64,000 bases of DNA from Catajapyx aquilonaris (Eukaryota): NCBI GenBank assembly GCA_000934665.2, contig JYFJ02000197.1, forward strand, positions 1-64,000, written 5' to 3'. The translations under genes and the position numbers were made by a program. Below are positions 40,201 to 54,200 of this stretch, piece after piece; within the stretch, counting starts at the first letter, position 1, and the number at the start of each line of letters is the position of its first letter. Below the pieces are notes generated by a model that saw only the letters and a program-made list of their open reading frames with translations, did not search any database and was not told the origin of the DNA.

Positions 40201-43200
40201 CGTGAACGGCGTGCCCCTTTTTTGACTTGGCCAAGAAGTGGTGGCATTGCGTTTGACTGGGCCTAATCAGTATTCGTCCCGTTTGTGAGACAAAGGCATT
40301 GGCGCGGGGTTGGTTGTCAGAAAACAATTCAGCTGCCGTGGGGATTATTAATACGCTCCCTGGAGCAGGAGTGTATACCCGTGCGTGCCCATTGGATAGA
40401 AAAGTTGGGTGCCTCCGTTATCTGATGGAGATCTTGTCAGTACCAAGTGTCAAATGGCGCGAGGCCTGGTGCCCATCACCCGCTTGGCTCGCTTGCGGGA
40501 CCCCGATTCAAAGTCCCATCCTGCAGCACGGGGGCGGCCATCTTGGCCCGATTCGTCTATCCGAAAACAATAGGCTCCCACCGACCAAATTTCCAATTAC
40601 TCTTTGGACACTTGAGGAATAGGTTCGTGACTGGCGGACAAGCGTAAACAAACTTTATTAGAACGCATTCTTTGTCCAGGCCGCGGTTCAGAAAAGCAAG
40701 TTTGTTCGTTGGCACTTGAGTCTCATCTCGAAGCCACGGTGGGGTGTCCACTGGGGTTAAACGACGGGGTAGAGTCGGGGGTGGAAAGGGGTCGATTGCG
40801 ACTCTTACAATGCTCATTGGTTCCAGGCGAGGGGTTAATCCGGTGCCAATGCCTGAGCGTCTGGATGCCATTAGTTTAGGTGGCAGCCACTTGCTTGGAA
40901 AGAGATTATTAGCATAGATGATTTCATTTATATCCAACGGATTGATTCATGTGGTGGTGGTCGAAAGGACTGGAGGGAAGGCGCGGAAGGAGCCATCAAT
41001 GGCAGAATGTCCATTCCCACCCTGTTGTATCCTTTAGTCTGGCTACCCAATCATGACAGGTATTGAAACTCTAAAAATTCTCATAACCAAGTCCATTTAC
41101 TTCCGAGTGTTCCTTTTTTTAAAAAATCAGAGGGCTTTATGTTCAGCGGTTTTTTGAGACACCTGATTGTCCCTCTTGTTCATGGGCGACTTGGTGGGAA
41201 GGAATCGGCATTACCAAGCAGATTTCTTCTCCATAGGTAGCAAGTCGAGTTTCTCATGGAGGTGCAGCCACAGAACAAATATGTGCGATGGCATCGATAG
41301 CTTTGGAGTGCATAGGCAGGGGTGGCCAAGCAGGACCAACGTATATTCAGTACATGTCTTAACATTGGACGTGACTAATTCACTGGCGGTTACATATTCC
41401 CATTGTAGTGTCATTTTCTAGACAGTGATGTGATTCTAGGAAATGATGAAACTAGGGAAATTGTACACGTGTAGCTGAAGTAGACTACAATAGTGCTGGA
41501 GAATTTTTTCACACGAAAAGCTTTGGACACAATATGGATGGAACTTGTGACAGGAAAGGTATATGAATGAAGAATGTTTCTGGGTCGGAATCCCTGTGGT
41601 TGGGACTTCAGATGTAACGGCCAGCAGACATGTTTTGATCAAATTTTTGAGGCCCTGCTGGAGCACACGATGGTGGACAACCATATGATTCGGCTCTCAG
41701 AATGACGAAGCATTTCCCGAAAAATTCATTGAGTTGGGAAATGGCGGGTCTTTGTTGATTCTTTCTGAAATTATGAGCATAGTGTTGTACAGTGCAGTAC
41801 ATACCAGGTCTGATTGTTATTTACCTGTGTCTGAATGTAATGGCGGATTGACTATTGAAATACTGTAACTGTATTCAGTAAAAGTCACTTTACCTTTGGC
41901 AGGATAGTCCCACATTTTGTCATAGGCCTAATAGCTGTGTTACTAACGAATTATGGAATGAAAGTTAAAATAATTTTTCCAAAAACATATCGGCACTCAT
42001 TGTTGTGGTATTTCATTTTAAGTAGCTAATTGATCAATTCGAAAGTATAAAAGCTACTTTTCGTATAACGCTCAAAGCCAAATACATGCTCAATATTTAA
42101 AAACAAACAGCTGTTTCAAGAAGCCCATGTAGTTAGTTACACGCAGTAGCTATTGTTTACGCAAGAGACATGTGATGGGAATAAACGCACTGAGAGAGAT
42201 AATTTAGTTACACGGTCGTCCGGCCCTTTTTCGCACCTCCGATTAGAAAATTTATTGCAATTTGATTGTAAGCCATAAGATTAGCAGCTTGATATTGAGA
42301 ACAGGTTTTTTATCAAGTGTAATAAATTATTACGCAAGCGATTTGAGAGATATCTGGCTACCTGATTGGTTTGTGATTTTCTTTATGCGACAATGCCCTG
42401 CCAACCTAAGTGGTAATGGGTCAAAAGAAGCCGACATTAGCTTATCGCTCAGTATCCTGCCGGAGCTTAAAGTTACGAGTTATAAAGTACAAAAGCTCCA
42501 ACATAAAGTTTGAAACCGCTTGTATTTACTAGTAATACATGACGTACTGTGTCTGGGTATAACTACTTTCATAACTTAACCTGGCTAGGGCGGTACTTGT
42601 TGTAAGCATAAGTAGACAGGACAACAGTAGAAAAAAATAATTCTGTTCAGACGCAAACGCGTTGAAATCGTATGTGCGTGAAGGGTATCCAGTATATGTT
42701 GTATAAATATCTAGAAGTTAATCTGTGAGAATACAAAATATACAGAAGATTATTCCAGTACAGAGGATAAAATATTATGACAGTTTATGAAAGTGTTAAT
42801 ATCAATAATTTTTATTCCTAAGAATTTATGTAGTTAATATATGCCATACAAGTGATTCTCAGAAAATTGGCCATAAAAAAAGAAAGAGCAGTAAAGTGAG
42901 AATACCTCATCACTTCCATAATGTTATTATTAATCATCATTACGACCGTGCAATGGCCAGATCGCAAATGATGTGCCAAGAGATAACTTTCTTTTCAAGA
43001 AGGAACGGGAAACTTGTATGATTTGAGTGCATGAAGCTCCCTGGGTGGTGAAGCAATTTTCGCAATTTTTGCAATTTACCCTCCTCGATCATGTCCTATT
43101 AAAACGGCACTAAGAGAGGGCCAGGTATCAAAATGTCCGGACTCTTTTCTCCCATCACGGCCATTACTCAGTTTCAATATAATGTAGGAAGCCAGGCTCC

Positions 43201-44885
43201 ATCTTCACGGATAGAAGAAGATAGAGGCAACGTCAAATTAACCAATACCCCCCATACCATGTGTGCCATAAAACCCGGTGATTTTCAGCTGTCCTTTGCT
43301 ATTTGGCCGGTAATCTAGATGGACATAGAGGCAGGGGGGTTTATCCAGGTTTTAATAACCGCTTTTCCCTACCAATCAGCCCATCAAGAGCATATCGCAC
43401 TGGAAAATAATAGAGGCAAATGGATTTCAGACCACCTAGGATTAAAGGAAGGTGGATGGAAGGTGGGGAAAAAATTAGATCGTGAACTGACTTTTAAGTC
43501 GTTCAAGCGTGACAAGTTAATGCGAGGTCATTTAGAACTTTTTTTTTGTAATCGGCAGTGTTGGAGCTGAGTGATGCCTATTATTCCAAATTCCTCGAGT
43601 CTTTAATTAATAGTGTGAAAATTGTGAGTTGTAGAGTTTTTTTTCTAAGGCTAACCCGACTGGATGATCAAGTTTTGGCGCGGTTAAATGGTAGAATTAA
43701 GGCCACTAATGTTAGCCGCTAAATGATTTCCGAGGCCACCTCGGTTTTGTTTGCAAAATCTGTTGGAAACCGGGGAGGATGGTAAAAGTTTACGTAAGGT
43801 GTAACATGGGCCAGTTTTGTTACTGATTTGAGGATTTTGAATTGAAATATACATGTCGGACTTCCAGCTGAACGTGATTTAAACCCAGATTTTTAGACAT
43901 CACATTTAGTTTATTGTAGGTTATGAAACTAATCACGATACTGTACATATGTAGTGTATGAAATTCTGACTATCATTTCTTCTCAAGTGAATCTGAGAAA
44001 AAAATGCTATCTAGGAGTAATATTGGTATATGTTAATTGCGTCTGCTCAAACTATGTGCACCAGGCAACTTATTGTTGTAACATCGAATAGCTTACTGCA
44101 TAGGTCTATACTGTACTGTAAGTACAGTATCAACCAATTAGGTAATGATCTTATAAAACTATGGATGCTTTCAAGGACGTACTAATGAGCTATAATTTCG
44201 ATATTTCAGCCTTGAATAAGCCCCAGCTGTGTTTTATAAAATTAACAAATGGCAAGGACAGTACTCAGCACGAACATCAACACCCACCCACTAACTCTGC
44301 TGTCGATCAAGGATTATTGACATAATTCTCCGCAATATATCCACGAAGTTTGTATTACAAAAGAGTGGCCCTACTGTACAAAATCTCCGCCTACATTAGT
44401 CACGTACATATTATTGCAAGACACACCTACAGCGAATTACCTGACCAGTTGTCACACAATTTGCGTACCGTACGTTGGGTGTGTAGCTTTTAACAAACGC
44501 GGGTTAATTAGTTCTAGGTTGTATACCTGACCTTGCCAATCATATTAGGAGTTTTTAGATAGGGTCACTTTACAGGTCACCTGTGAATCTTCACTAGGAA
44601 GTAGAATATGGGCACAATACGAGTTGATATTGCTACAATTTTGTTTTCTTGCCCTGCATGTTTTTGCAAGTAAGTACTGTACTTTCACCTAATTACAGAG
44701 CGCGTTCCATCGTATGTTGACTTTTCTTCCCCGATCCTGTGAAGAGGCTTCTCCCACTATAAAGAAAGAATCTCCGTCCGTGCAAACGGGATGACCCCCA
44801 TCAGGAGAAGTTGGCTAGTCACCTGACATCTCAGTGACACCACGCATTTCACTCGGGGAATTAGAACCACAATGTGGATATGTGA

Positions 44886-44907
44886 AGAGAGAGAGAGAGA
44901 GCGAGAG
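44886..44907. repeat. (AG)n microsatellite
   Basis: agagagagagagagagcgagag. Confidence 0.85.
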
Positions 44908-47900
44908 TAGTTGGAGGAAAAAGAAGAAGAAAATGACATGCGGAACATTCTGGGGCTCCCTGTGGGCTCTTCTTCGGAGGAAGTTGTTTGAAGTCCCAAA
45001 ACTGGGGACGTCATTCCTCCGGTTAAAAATTCGGCGAAACCACGCTGTGGAGATCCAGCTGTGCGACAAATCCCGAGGCTTTTGTGAGGATGTCTACATG
45101 TTACCAGAGGCAACTCCAGTCCTCTTTTTTTGGAGGGAAAGGTTTGTTCCGTTTCTTCTGACGGCTTGTCTCAAGTCTGATTTCCAAATCTTGAAACAAG
45201 ACCGTCAGAAAACCAGGCACTCACTGCTGCTTTGGAATTTTTAAACTGACTTTCAAGTCGCTATAGAGGAACGAGTGAGTTGTTCTTTCGTGATCTAGAT
45301 AAGCTCACATCAGCCACTCTGAAAATCTCAAAGGTGTGCCAGTTGAATAAGCGATTTTTGATATTAAAGTGATGAAATATTAGGGGTTATGAAAATATCA
45401 CCTGTTGGTTCTTGCGCATATCAACAAAAAAATACATGTTAAACTGCAGTTGTGTTTGAAAGCCTGTGAAAGCCATTAGTAATAATTTAATTAAATGGTA
45501 CGAGTTATAGACAAGTACACTTTCTAGAACCGGTTCTACACTATACCCTGACGTCACTGTAAAATATTTGACTCCAACTAGCCTCACCAATAATTGACAA
45601 TCCCACATTTTTGAACTGGATGTTCATGCGTGATCCCACCATCATCAATTACCACTCCAAGAACTCTTTCTTTTTTTTTCTTTTTCAAACCATACTAGTA
45701 TAAGAAGCGACAACTCAGCATGGTGCAATTTCCCGCCAAGTGTGGCGCGGGAAAACTCACCACGTGGTAATAAATGAGATCTGGATAGGAAACAACCATT
45801 CAGGTTGAAGGCTTGGGATGATGATTTCGCGGGATAGGCCAAATGTTGGTGGGTGGTTGCAAGTGCCATTTTACGAGCATTCAAAACCGACCACAGTGGG
45901 GTCACACCTTTCGCAATGGGGGGTCTCGGGACAGGACAATATGGGTAATCAGCGACTTGCCCCATTTGATTGATACATCCAGTTCCTTATCGCAGCTGTC
46001 GACTCTTCATCACGCCCCTGCTCAAGTCACGGAGAAGTGCTGATTTTAATTGATGTACCAGAGTGTTGGCGTGGACCTAGAGAGAGTGAGTGCGAAAAAA
46101 AGGGGCGAACTTTATTTTCAGTACTTTGTGGTATCTCGTTTCCATGAGAGTCAAGCAGAGTAAAAGCGCGTTCCTGTGGAGAAGAGGAATCTCGTGGCCT
46201 GCCAGTAATGTGCTCTAAAAGTCATGGTTGACTAGACGGGCTGGTTTTATCAAAGCTATCCAGTGGAGGAGGGAGCGTCGTACATGTCCACTTTTACAGC
46301 CCTGAGCATGCGCGTCTCCTATGCCGTTTCCATGAGAGCCCGGGCCTCATGGAGGGCGCTGTGGTTAATGGAATTTATGTCCGGTCTTAATTCACATATA
46401 GCACTATCGCAGCACTCTTATATGCCAATATGACATTTTTTTCTTTCAACAACAACAGTAATTTCAGCTGCACTCTATTTGCATATATTTTATCACTATC
46501 TAAGGAAGTCACAGGTACTGGTTACGACTATTTGCAGGATAATCAAGGCAATATTCAATATTAGCAAATCAGCACACGTGTTACCACTTATATTCTTGCA
46601 TAATACACCGGTAGCAAGTACAGTATTCAAATCCTACGTGTGAGTTCTTGTGATGCTATCATTCTGCAATAAGACAGTTGTACAGTATACAGTAGGGAGA
46701 ATAATATTGAGAATGCTAGCTAACCTTTGCCTTGAATATAGGCCTACTGCACGTGTAGTATCCGCTCATATAATCTCACCTTACATCATTTCAGAGTGCA
46801 TTTAGGACTACCTTTCTGACACGAAATGCAGAATAACCCATGGAAAAACCTCGTGCAATTATTATATCACTAGTGTGCATGAGATACAACCCCTTCTGGC
46901 ATTACTCCACAAAGTTACATAACCGAAAATGAAAATTTTAAGCTATAGTCACGTAACTTAATTATTATTTTTGCGGTAATTCCCAGCACTCCCGCTGCCA
47001 CCTTATTTCTGAAGATATAGGTTCCTCCGTTCCCTATTTTTTGCTCACATTTTCCGACCCAGGTAAACAAGTCATTTTCGATCACGCACACCACTTGCAA
47101 AGCAACTAATTCGCAGCAGGAATTTGTGCTGAAATGACGCAGCAAGCTTCAGGAGCGGAGCCTTGGACTACGGCCCGGCTGACTGGGATTAATTAGGGCC
47201 TCGTGCAATATCAGGCCTAGCATTAGTGCCTGCAGGAAGCGATGCCAAGGTATTAAAGGGTAACACGAATGGGATCCAAGCCGGATGATCACCTTGTCAG
47301 GCCAAGTGCCAGCCATACTGTACTCTCTTCGACCTATCATCAGCATTTTGCACCGGTCTAACCGGTAGACATTATATTATACCGACCTTTTAGCCATAGT
47401 CGCGCCATATTCATCAAACTTCACTAAACTCGGTTGCTTATCTTTTGCATTTTCATGTTGTTATGGAGGACATGTCTTTGCCTATTAAGTATCATGTTCG
47501 ACCATGTTAAGCTGTTAGAACCCACTGTGTAGAAGTTGCAAAATAATATTCGTACATAAAGATGGGGGTAAGTTGGAAGTTGGTAGTTATGCCAAGAGAT
47601 GGCGTGAATGAGGCGGGTGTCAGTGTCGGACCTGGGAGGAGGCTAGAAGTTGTAATCAGTCGTGAATCAGCCGGACACGAGGATAGACAGCCTGTGCATT
47701 TAATATTGGACACGACCACAACCATGAGTGAATGCAGGGTCAGGACAGTTGACCTAGGGTGACCTCAGAATATGTCCCACACTCATATAGTAGCATGAAA
47801 CAATTTTCCCAAAACTAGTGCGCCATGACTGACCCCCCGACCGTCCATACACGTGACCTCCCATCGTCATGTTTACAGAGCAAAGCCCTAGCTGGAATGT

Positions 47901-48205
47901 CGCTATTCTTAAGCGACATTTTGACCCCCTTCTCCTGTAGGCACCTTCACAACCCCAAAAGCCATTTTAACGACAGCAAGTGCCATCAAATAAGGCGAGA
48001 TTTGTCAAGGAGAACTTGAGGGAATTTATGCGCTGTAGTTGAGACCAACTCGCGGCCCATTTGACTCTTGCCTACAAGTCCTTTACGTGTGTGCGAGGTG
48101 GCCTAGGCTGCCCATAATTTATCGAGGAGACGCTGCCCGTCGTCATACGCTTGGCAAGGAAGCAAGATAGATCTGCGTGCGGACTTGTCGATGTAAACGA
48201 CTAAC

Positions 48206-48253
48206 TTTTTTTTCTCTTCTTCTTCTTCTTCTTTTCATCCTCCCCCCCCCCCN
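48206..48253. repeat. polypyrimidine tract: poly-T, (CTT)n and poly-C, ending in an ambiguous base N
   Basis: Directly visible; N at 48253 after 11 C. Confidence 0.85.
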
Positions 48254-51200
48254 TTCTTATTTGACCGGCTGGGGTAACGTGACCACCTCCGGGTGGGATG
48301 GTTGCTGTTGAATTGTCCCCTCAATACCCACAGCGACAGGCTAGCCCGTGGTGTGCGTTGTCTTCTGACGGGAAGGTTTCTTCAGTCGGCATGTCCGAAT
48401 GGGCCACGATGAGATTTTTCAGAGGCCGCCGCTCTGTAATAAGAAGGTCCGGCGAATGTTGCGAAGTGATCTACGTCACGAAGTCTCAATGGCTTTTGTT
48501 GGCCTTTCCATTGTCCTGTTTTTTAAAGGGAGGGGGGGGGGATCGAAGATCAGAAAGTATGGTGAGGACTTCCCATTCGAATATTTGCATTTTTGTGACC
48601 TTATCCGGTGGCTTTTGTATTTTGTACCTCTCGTTGACTTCCGGATTAACTGGAATCGAGTTGTTACTGTGCTAATAGCCACCTGACTCGAGTAACATGT
48701 GTTTACATTCTCATAAGGTGCGGTGTGGGAACCTCACCTGCCAAGCGCAAGATCGCACTTGTTGCTAATCTGCTTGCGTCCTGCACGCACTGCATTAACG
48801 CTATTTTGCTTCCATACGGGTTTCTTCACTCATGTGCGTCATTCGTGGCTCTCCCAACGGATCATAATGACTGCATACCTAGAATGTTGGAATATTATTG
48901 TTTCTTCGAGAAAATATGCTCACGTACGTGCCACTATTTTTTTTTTTTGTAATTGGGACTGGTGTAACTTGTAACAGCATTCTGCATATTGGTGGCAGCC
49001 TTTAAAATATTGCAGCAGATGAAGTGTGCCATGCTGAACTTTTCCTCCAGAAATTTACACATCCAGTTTTTCAGCACAAATATTTAAAATGTATGTAGGT
49101 TCTGTACAAAGAGCTACAAAATCGACATTTGCAAGTGGGCACAATGCGTACAGCGCTATTTTACGACCACTTGGGTATTTCCAAACGTACAATTAGAATG
49201 GTGCGAGTCCCATAAGGAAAGAGCGGTAACAGTCTCAACATGCATAATGAGAACTGGAATACAAAAGCAGCTGAACAATGCAAATGAGCTAGGGAGTAGT
49301 TATGGCAGCCTTCTCTCTCGCTCCCTAGCAGCTTTTCATTAGAACTCGAGTGCTTTACTTGACTCTTCCAGCAACTTGATCTCAAAAACGAGCTGACCCT
49401 CCCACGCGGAAAGTGAGGGCCAGGCCAACATTTTCGCCTCATTACTACCCAAGGTACAGGTGATGGAAGATCACACCACTTGCTTGGAGAGGCCATTCAC
49501 GTCCAGCTTCTTTTTGGGTGCCCTTGACTTGTACCAAAACCATTGTTTTTGCGTAGCACAAATTTTGGTGTAAAATTTGTTGCCTGGAGGCTCTGTCATC
49601 CATTATCGCACACAACATACTTTATGGGCATTTGTTGTCTGTCAGAGGAAGCTAAAGCCAAAGTGAGATGAATGACCCCACCCTCAATGTAGGTCTACTT
49701 GTGCTAGGACCCCTTGAGAAGTCGTGACATGTCTCTCTCTCTACCTCGCACACACACACACATACTCATTCACTTTTCTCTCTGTCAAAGAAAGCAAGGC
49801 GACTTCCGCAATCAAATGCGGAACAAAGGCGCGGTTTGTGTATTCTCTTCCTCACCTGGGCCCTCTGACCAATAGCACCCCCCAGAGTCGTTTTCTGCAC
49901 TTAAAGTTCGTTTGGGGCTTTCCAATGGGCCACGCGGGGCTCGATGAGGATAACCTTTCACCAGCTCGACATCCTTTTACTTGCCTTTTGATGCTTACTT
50001 TTTAGGAAGAGATATTTAGGACAGAGAATTGGTCTAGGGTGAAGAGGAACTATGGGGTGCGTGATATCACACAGCTTTCTGATTTGCAGTGGTATCTGGT
50101 AGAGTTTGGTAAGAAGAAGAATGAATAGGAGATAGCATAGGGACAACCTAACTGTTGCATCTCACTCCAGCAACATAGTTTATAATATGTTACGCGAATA
50201 TGCAAATCAGAGAGTTTAGAACCATTTAGTAGTGGGGAAAACATGCAGTCATTAGTGAGATTTTCATGGAACCCTTTCCTTCCTAAACCTTAATTCCTGC
50301 CGGTTCAGGATATATGAATTACTGGTTCGCTCGTTATTCATGCTGTGTGAGCGATCAGCTCGTTATTTAGACCGAGTCAAAATTTTCAATTATTGTAACC
50401 AGACTTGTCGAGTGGGAAGTAATAAAAGTGGTTAGCACTCACATAAATTGACTAATGAGCAAAATACTTATTAGATGATTATGTGGACATACTTTTGTAA
50501 GGCGGATGAAGGTAGGTCTAGGTTTCGATGAAAATTATTAATATGGGCAGTAAAAAGTACTTGTATAATTTAAAGCGAAGATCTTTAATTATGATTAGAA
50601 AATTTCTTATTTCACCACTTTGATGTCACCCAGAATGAATTTAGGTTCACCATATGCTCTCCCAAGTAATCAGTTATATTTCACATGTAAAAATTCAGTA
50701 GCGGATATTGCTTTTTCTTAAATGCTTCAAGTACCATGTCATTAGTGTAGGCGCACTTAATTAGCCGAAACCATCGTGGAAATAAAGTTTGATTTGTTAC
50801 TGCACTGTTAGCGTTCATGCCAAATTAAAATGTTCACGCACATCAGATTTGCCCATACAATCTCCGAAAAAATATCTGAGCGTAAAATTCGCCTGTAAAC
50901 CCTATTTACAGGTGCAAATCCCGGCCGAGGTCATCTTAAGCTCCACCCCACCGTCCAATAACCTAGAGGCCACGTATGTCGCAAGTCCCTTCTCAGCCCC
51001 TTAAGAAAATGACACAAAAAACAGGGCAAGGCAGAGAGTCTTTGAAAGTGCAGTATTGGCGGAACTGGTCTGAACACACGCGTAGTCCTAACATGTGGAT
51101 CAAAATGAGACCCCGCCTTTTGGGGAGCTGAGGTTGTGTCAAACAGTCCCCGAGGCTTCGAAGTCACGCTCGGCCCATTGGGTCCGGTGGACTCGCCCTG

Positions 51201-54200
51201 AGAAGGAACCTGCAGTGTCAATACCACTGCAAATAAAGGCGCGGGGAAGCGTATCCGCCTTTGGGAGACCCTTTTCATAACGGGCTTGTTTGGTCTCCCA
51301 CTTCAACATCATTCTTCTCTTCGGACAGCCAAGGAGCAAACTTGGCATCAGGGAGGTCCCTTCTTTGTTTGCTTCCCTCGGTACATAATCAAGCTCAAAT
51401 ATGATCCAGGAATTCAATCTGGATCTGCCCATCGTAGTCGCAGCGAGAAACGTTCCTCGCGGCACGGCGAGAGTCAGTGGGCGTGTAGCTGTCGATGCGA
51501 GCTCGTTCCGCTTTATCGGTCTGTCTAATGCAGGTCACCTTATCCATTCATTCCGTGCAGGCAACAATACAACGTTAGCAAAAGTATGGGAAAATCAATT
51601 AAGGCAGGTGCGAATATTCTGGATCCTTTGTTCGCGACTGTGGGTAAATTAAAGAGGGTAAAATATGGGATGGTGCTCACAAAGGTTATGAAGAGAGCTC
51701 TCAACATGGTTGCTAACCATGCAAATTAGCATTCTTGGGTGATCCATCAAGGAGTATTAGATCTGGAGCGAGGTGGATTGGATTTTGGAGCTTGCATGAT
51801 AGCCTGGAGTGGACTAGGCAGGTTTTTTCCATCCTCTCTTCTTTCTTTCTCCACTTCACACCTCCGCTTTGTTATTTGTCTCTTGTACTGTATAATGAAT
51901 AATCCGGATAACCTTTCCGGAAGGGATTTCAACACGCGTGTTCTTAGGCGTATGTTTTCATCTGGGAACATGCCAGTAAAAATTTACATTGCTTAATGTT
52001 TCACGTCAGGATAGGCATGCCACACAATTAATTTGTTATTAATTAGACATTGTGCTCTGCTTAAATTAAGGCAATGCGGTGTTATTCGGAAGGGTTATTA
52101 ATGACTGATAGCGGTACTGTGTGCAGGTGGAGAGATTCTAGTTTACTGATGAACATTTTGCACAGTGTAGCATGTGCATTTTGTGGGACGTGAGCAAAAT
52201 CCATAGTAGGGATATGGATGCAGCCACTTACTGATCAGTGTCTTGTAAGCGAATTTTCTCTGAAGAAAAAATAAACAGAACTTGTTGCATTTAAGCTTCC
52301 TCCAAACATTTGTACTTATACCGCATTGTAAGCACCATAAATCGCCTAACAACATCAGTATTGCCAAGTTAATTGGGATGAGCTCGGAGCTTTCAGCATT
52401 ACCTACCACGAGACCCTTGAAATTCTCACCACGTATATGTTCGACCCACAAATCTAGACATATAGGCTATTGTTTCACCTTTCATTTCCTATAGATTCTG
52501 TAATAAGTATGCTAATATGAGCAAGACACCGGGAACCAACTATACAGTCGTACGGCAATAAGTCAGTGTCTTGTCTCATGTCACTCCAGATTAAGATCTA
52601 ATATTTGTAACAAGGTTCAGCGGTAACATCATCAAAAAGCATTGCTTTCTACGGCGTGGAGGGACAAGCCATTTCACTCTCAACTCGCTTTGCATACATT
52701 GTGGTGCTGGGTACTATCAGTGTCTGTCAGTGAGAAATAGCCAGTCATTTGACCTAATCGTCCTGTTTCAATCCGAAAGGTCTAGTGTTGAGCTTTAATT
52801 ATCACCGTCATTTAAACTCGGAACTGAAAGGCTGAACAGAGCAAAAAATATATATAGGTGTCATTGTGACCTGAACGGGTCCGACGAGTTTTTTTCAGTG
52901 TCCAGTGTGGAGGAGTAATCGCTGAAACTCTTGCAGATGTCGGGAAGCGCTTTTGGGAGACCATAGTCGGACCGTTGACTTACAAGATAGTACAATATTT
53001 TCAGCACAAAAGTATCCAGTCACCTGGCAGTACACAGGCTGGTGACATTATTGGACGTCGCACCACCGTGAATAATTGGCGAATTATTAGTCTGGGTTTT
53101 TCTACGGCCATGTTATTCTGCAGGCTAAATTCATGCTAAAACATGCTCAGGTTGTGCCATAAAATGTGTGATTGTAATTTAATATATTTGTTATAATGCA
53201 TTTGAGCTGCTCTTATTAATTCAGATCTTTCAAATGTTTGGACACCCTGCCTCATAAATTCAAAACGCGTTAAGTGGACGGCATAAAAGGCAGATAATAA
53301 GTGGTGTTAAATGCATCATTAGCCAGAATGATGTATGACTCGTTTCCTCCATGCTGATTTTTTCGAAGAGGAAGGATGGCCTGTCTCTGAAACCAAAATG
53401 GCACGAAAATGAAGGAGCGGAAAAGCGAGATTTAGAGATAGGACAAGGCTTTTCTCTTGGTTCTTGTGCCCGGGAGGCTGCTAATAGCTGTAAATGAAAC
53501 GAAGTGCAATAATTTGTGTTCAGCGGGAGGTAAGGAGAATTTAATTTAGCAGGGATTGTGGACAGATCAGTGATGATGTAGCGGCCCAGGCGTGATTTAG
53601 CGAGTAATTAACTAGAAATGGAGCTCATGGGGCTGTCAACATGGCGGCCACAGGCGGTCATTTTTTCTTTACCCTTTTCCTCTCCTGGAAGAATTAGAAC
53701 CATGTGCATGTGTAAAGTTGTGCCTGGTGATGAATAGCGTTGCCCTATTGAGAATGAAGTATGGTGCAAATAAAATAGAATTTCTACCCGGCTTTAAGTC
53801 ACGACCAAAGGAGGCAGTGACACTTGCATAATCAATCCGTATCTAATTGCCATCTTGAACTTTCCGGTACAGATGAATTATTAGGTGGACCGTACAAAAA
53901 TGGACTCTGATTTATGGCTACCCCCCGAAGGATATATTCGGGACATGAGCACCCAACAAGGGTATGCTTGTGGTCGTTCTAATTTTATACACGTTGGTAC
54001 GGCTGGGACTGAAGTATGAATGCTCGAGGTCAGTCGTACATTTTGGTTAGGACAAGAATAATACTTAGATCCTCACTTTTGCAGGCCAGCACATTATTAG
54101 TGCGAACCATAAATACATCCATTTCGTCCTACTTACTGTGTTGCAGGTTGTGGCGCATATTTATTAGAATCTATGTAGCTCTAATATATGGTTCAGGTTT

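Noticed and set aside
48242..48253. Poly-C run ending in N
   Set aside because: Most likely a sequencing or assembly ambiguity at a homopolymer.
38122..50782. Shared 14-mer AACCATCGTGGAAA near 38122 and 50769
   Set aside because: Several 14-mer matches are expected by chance across 64 kb, and the flanks do not align.
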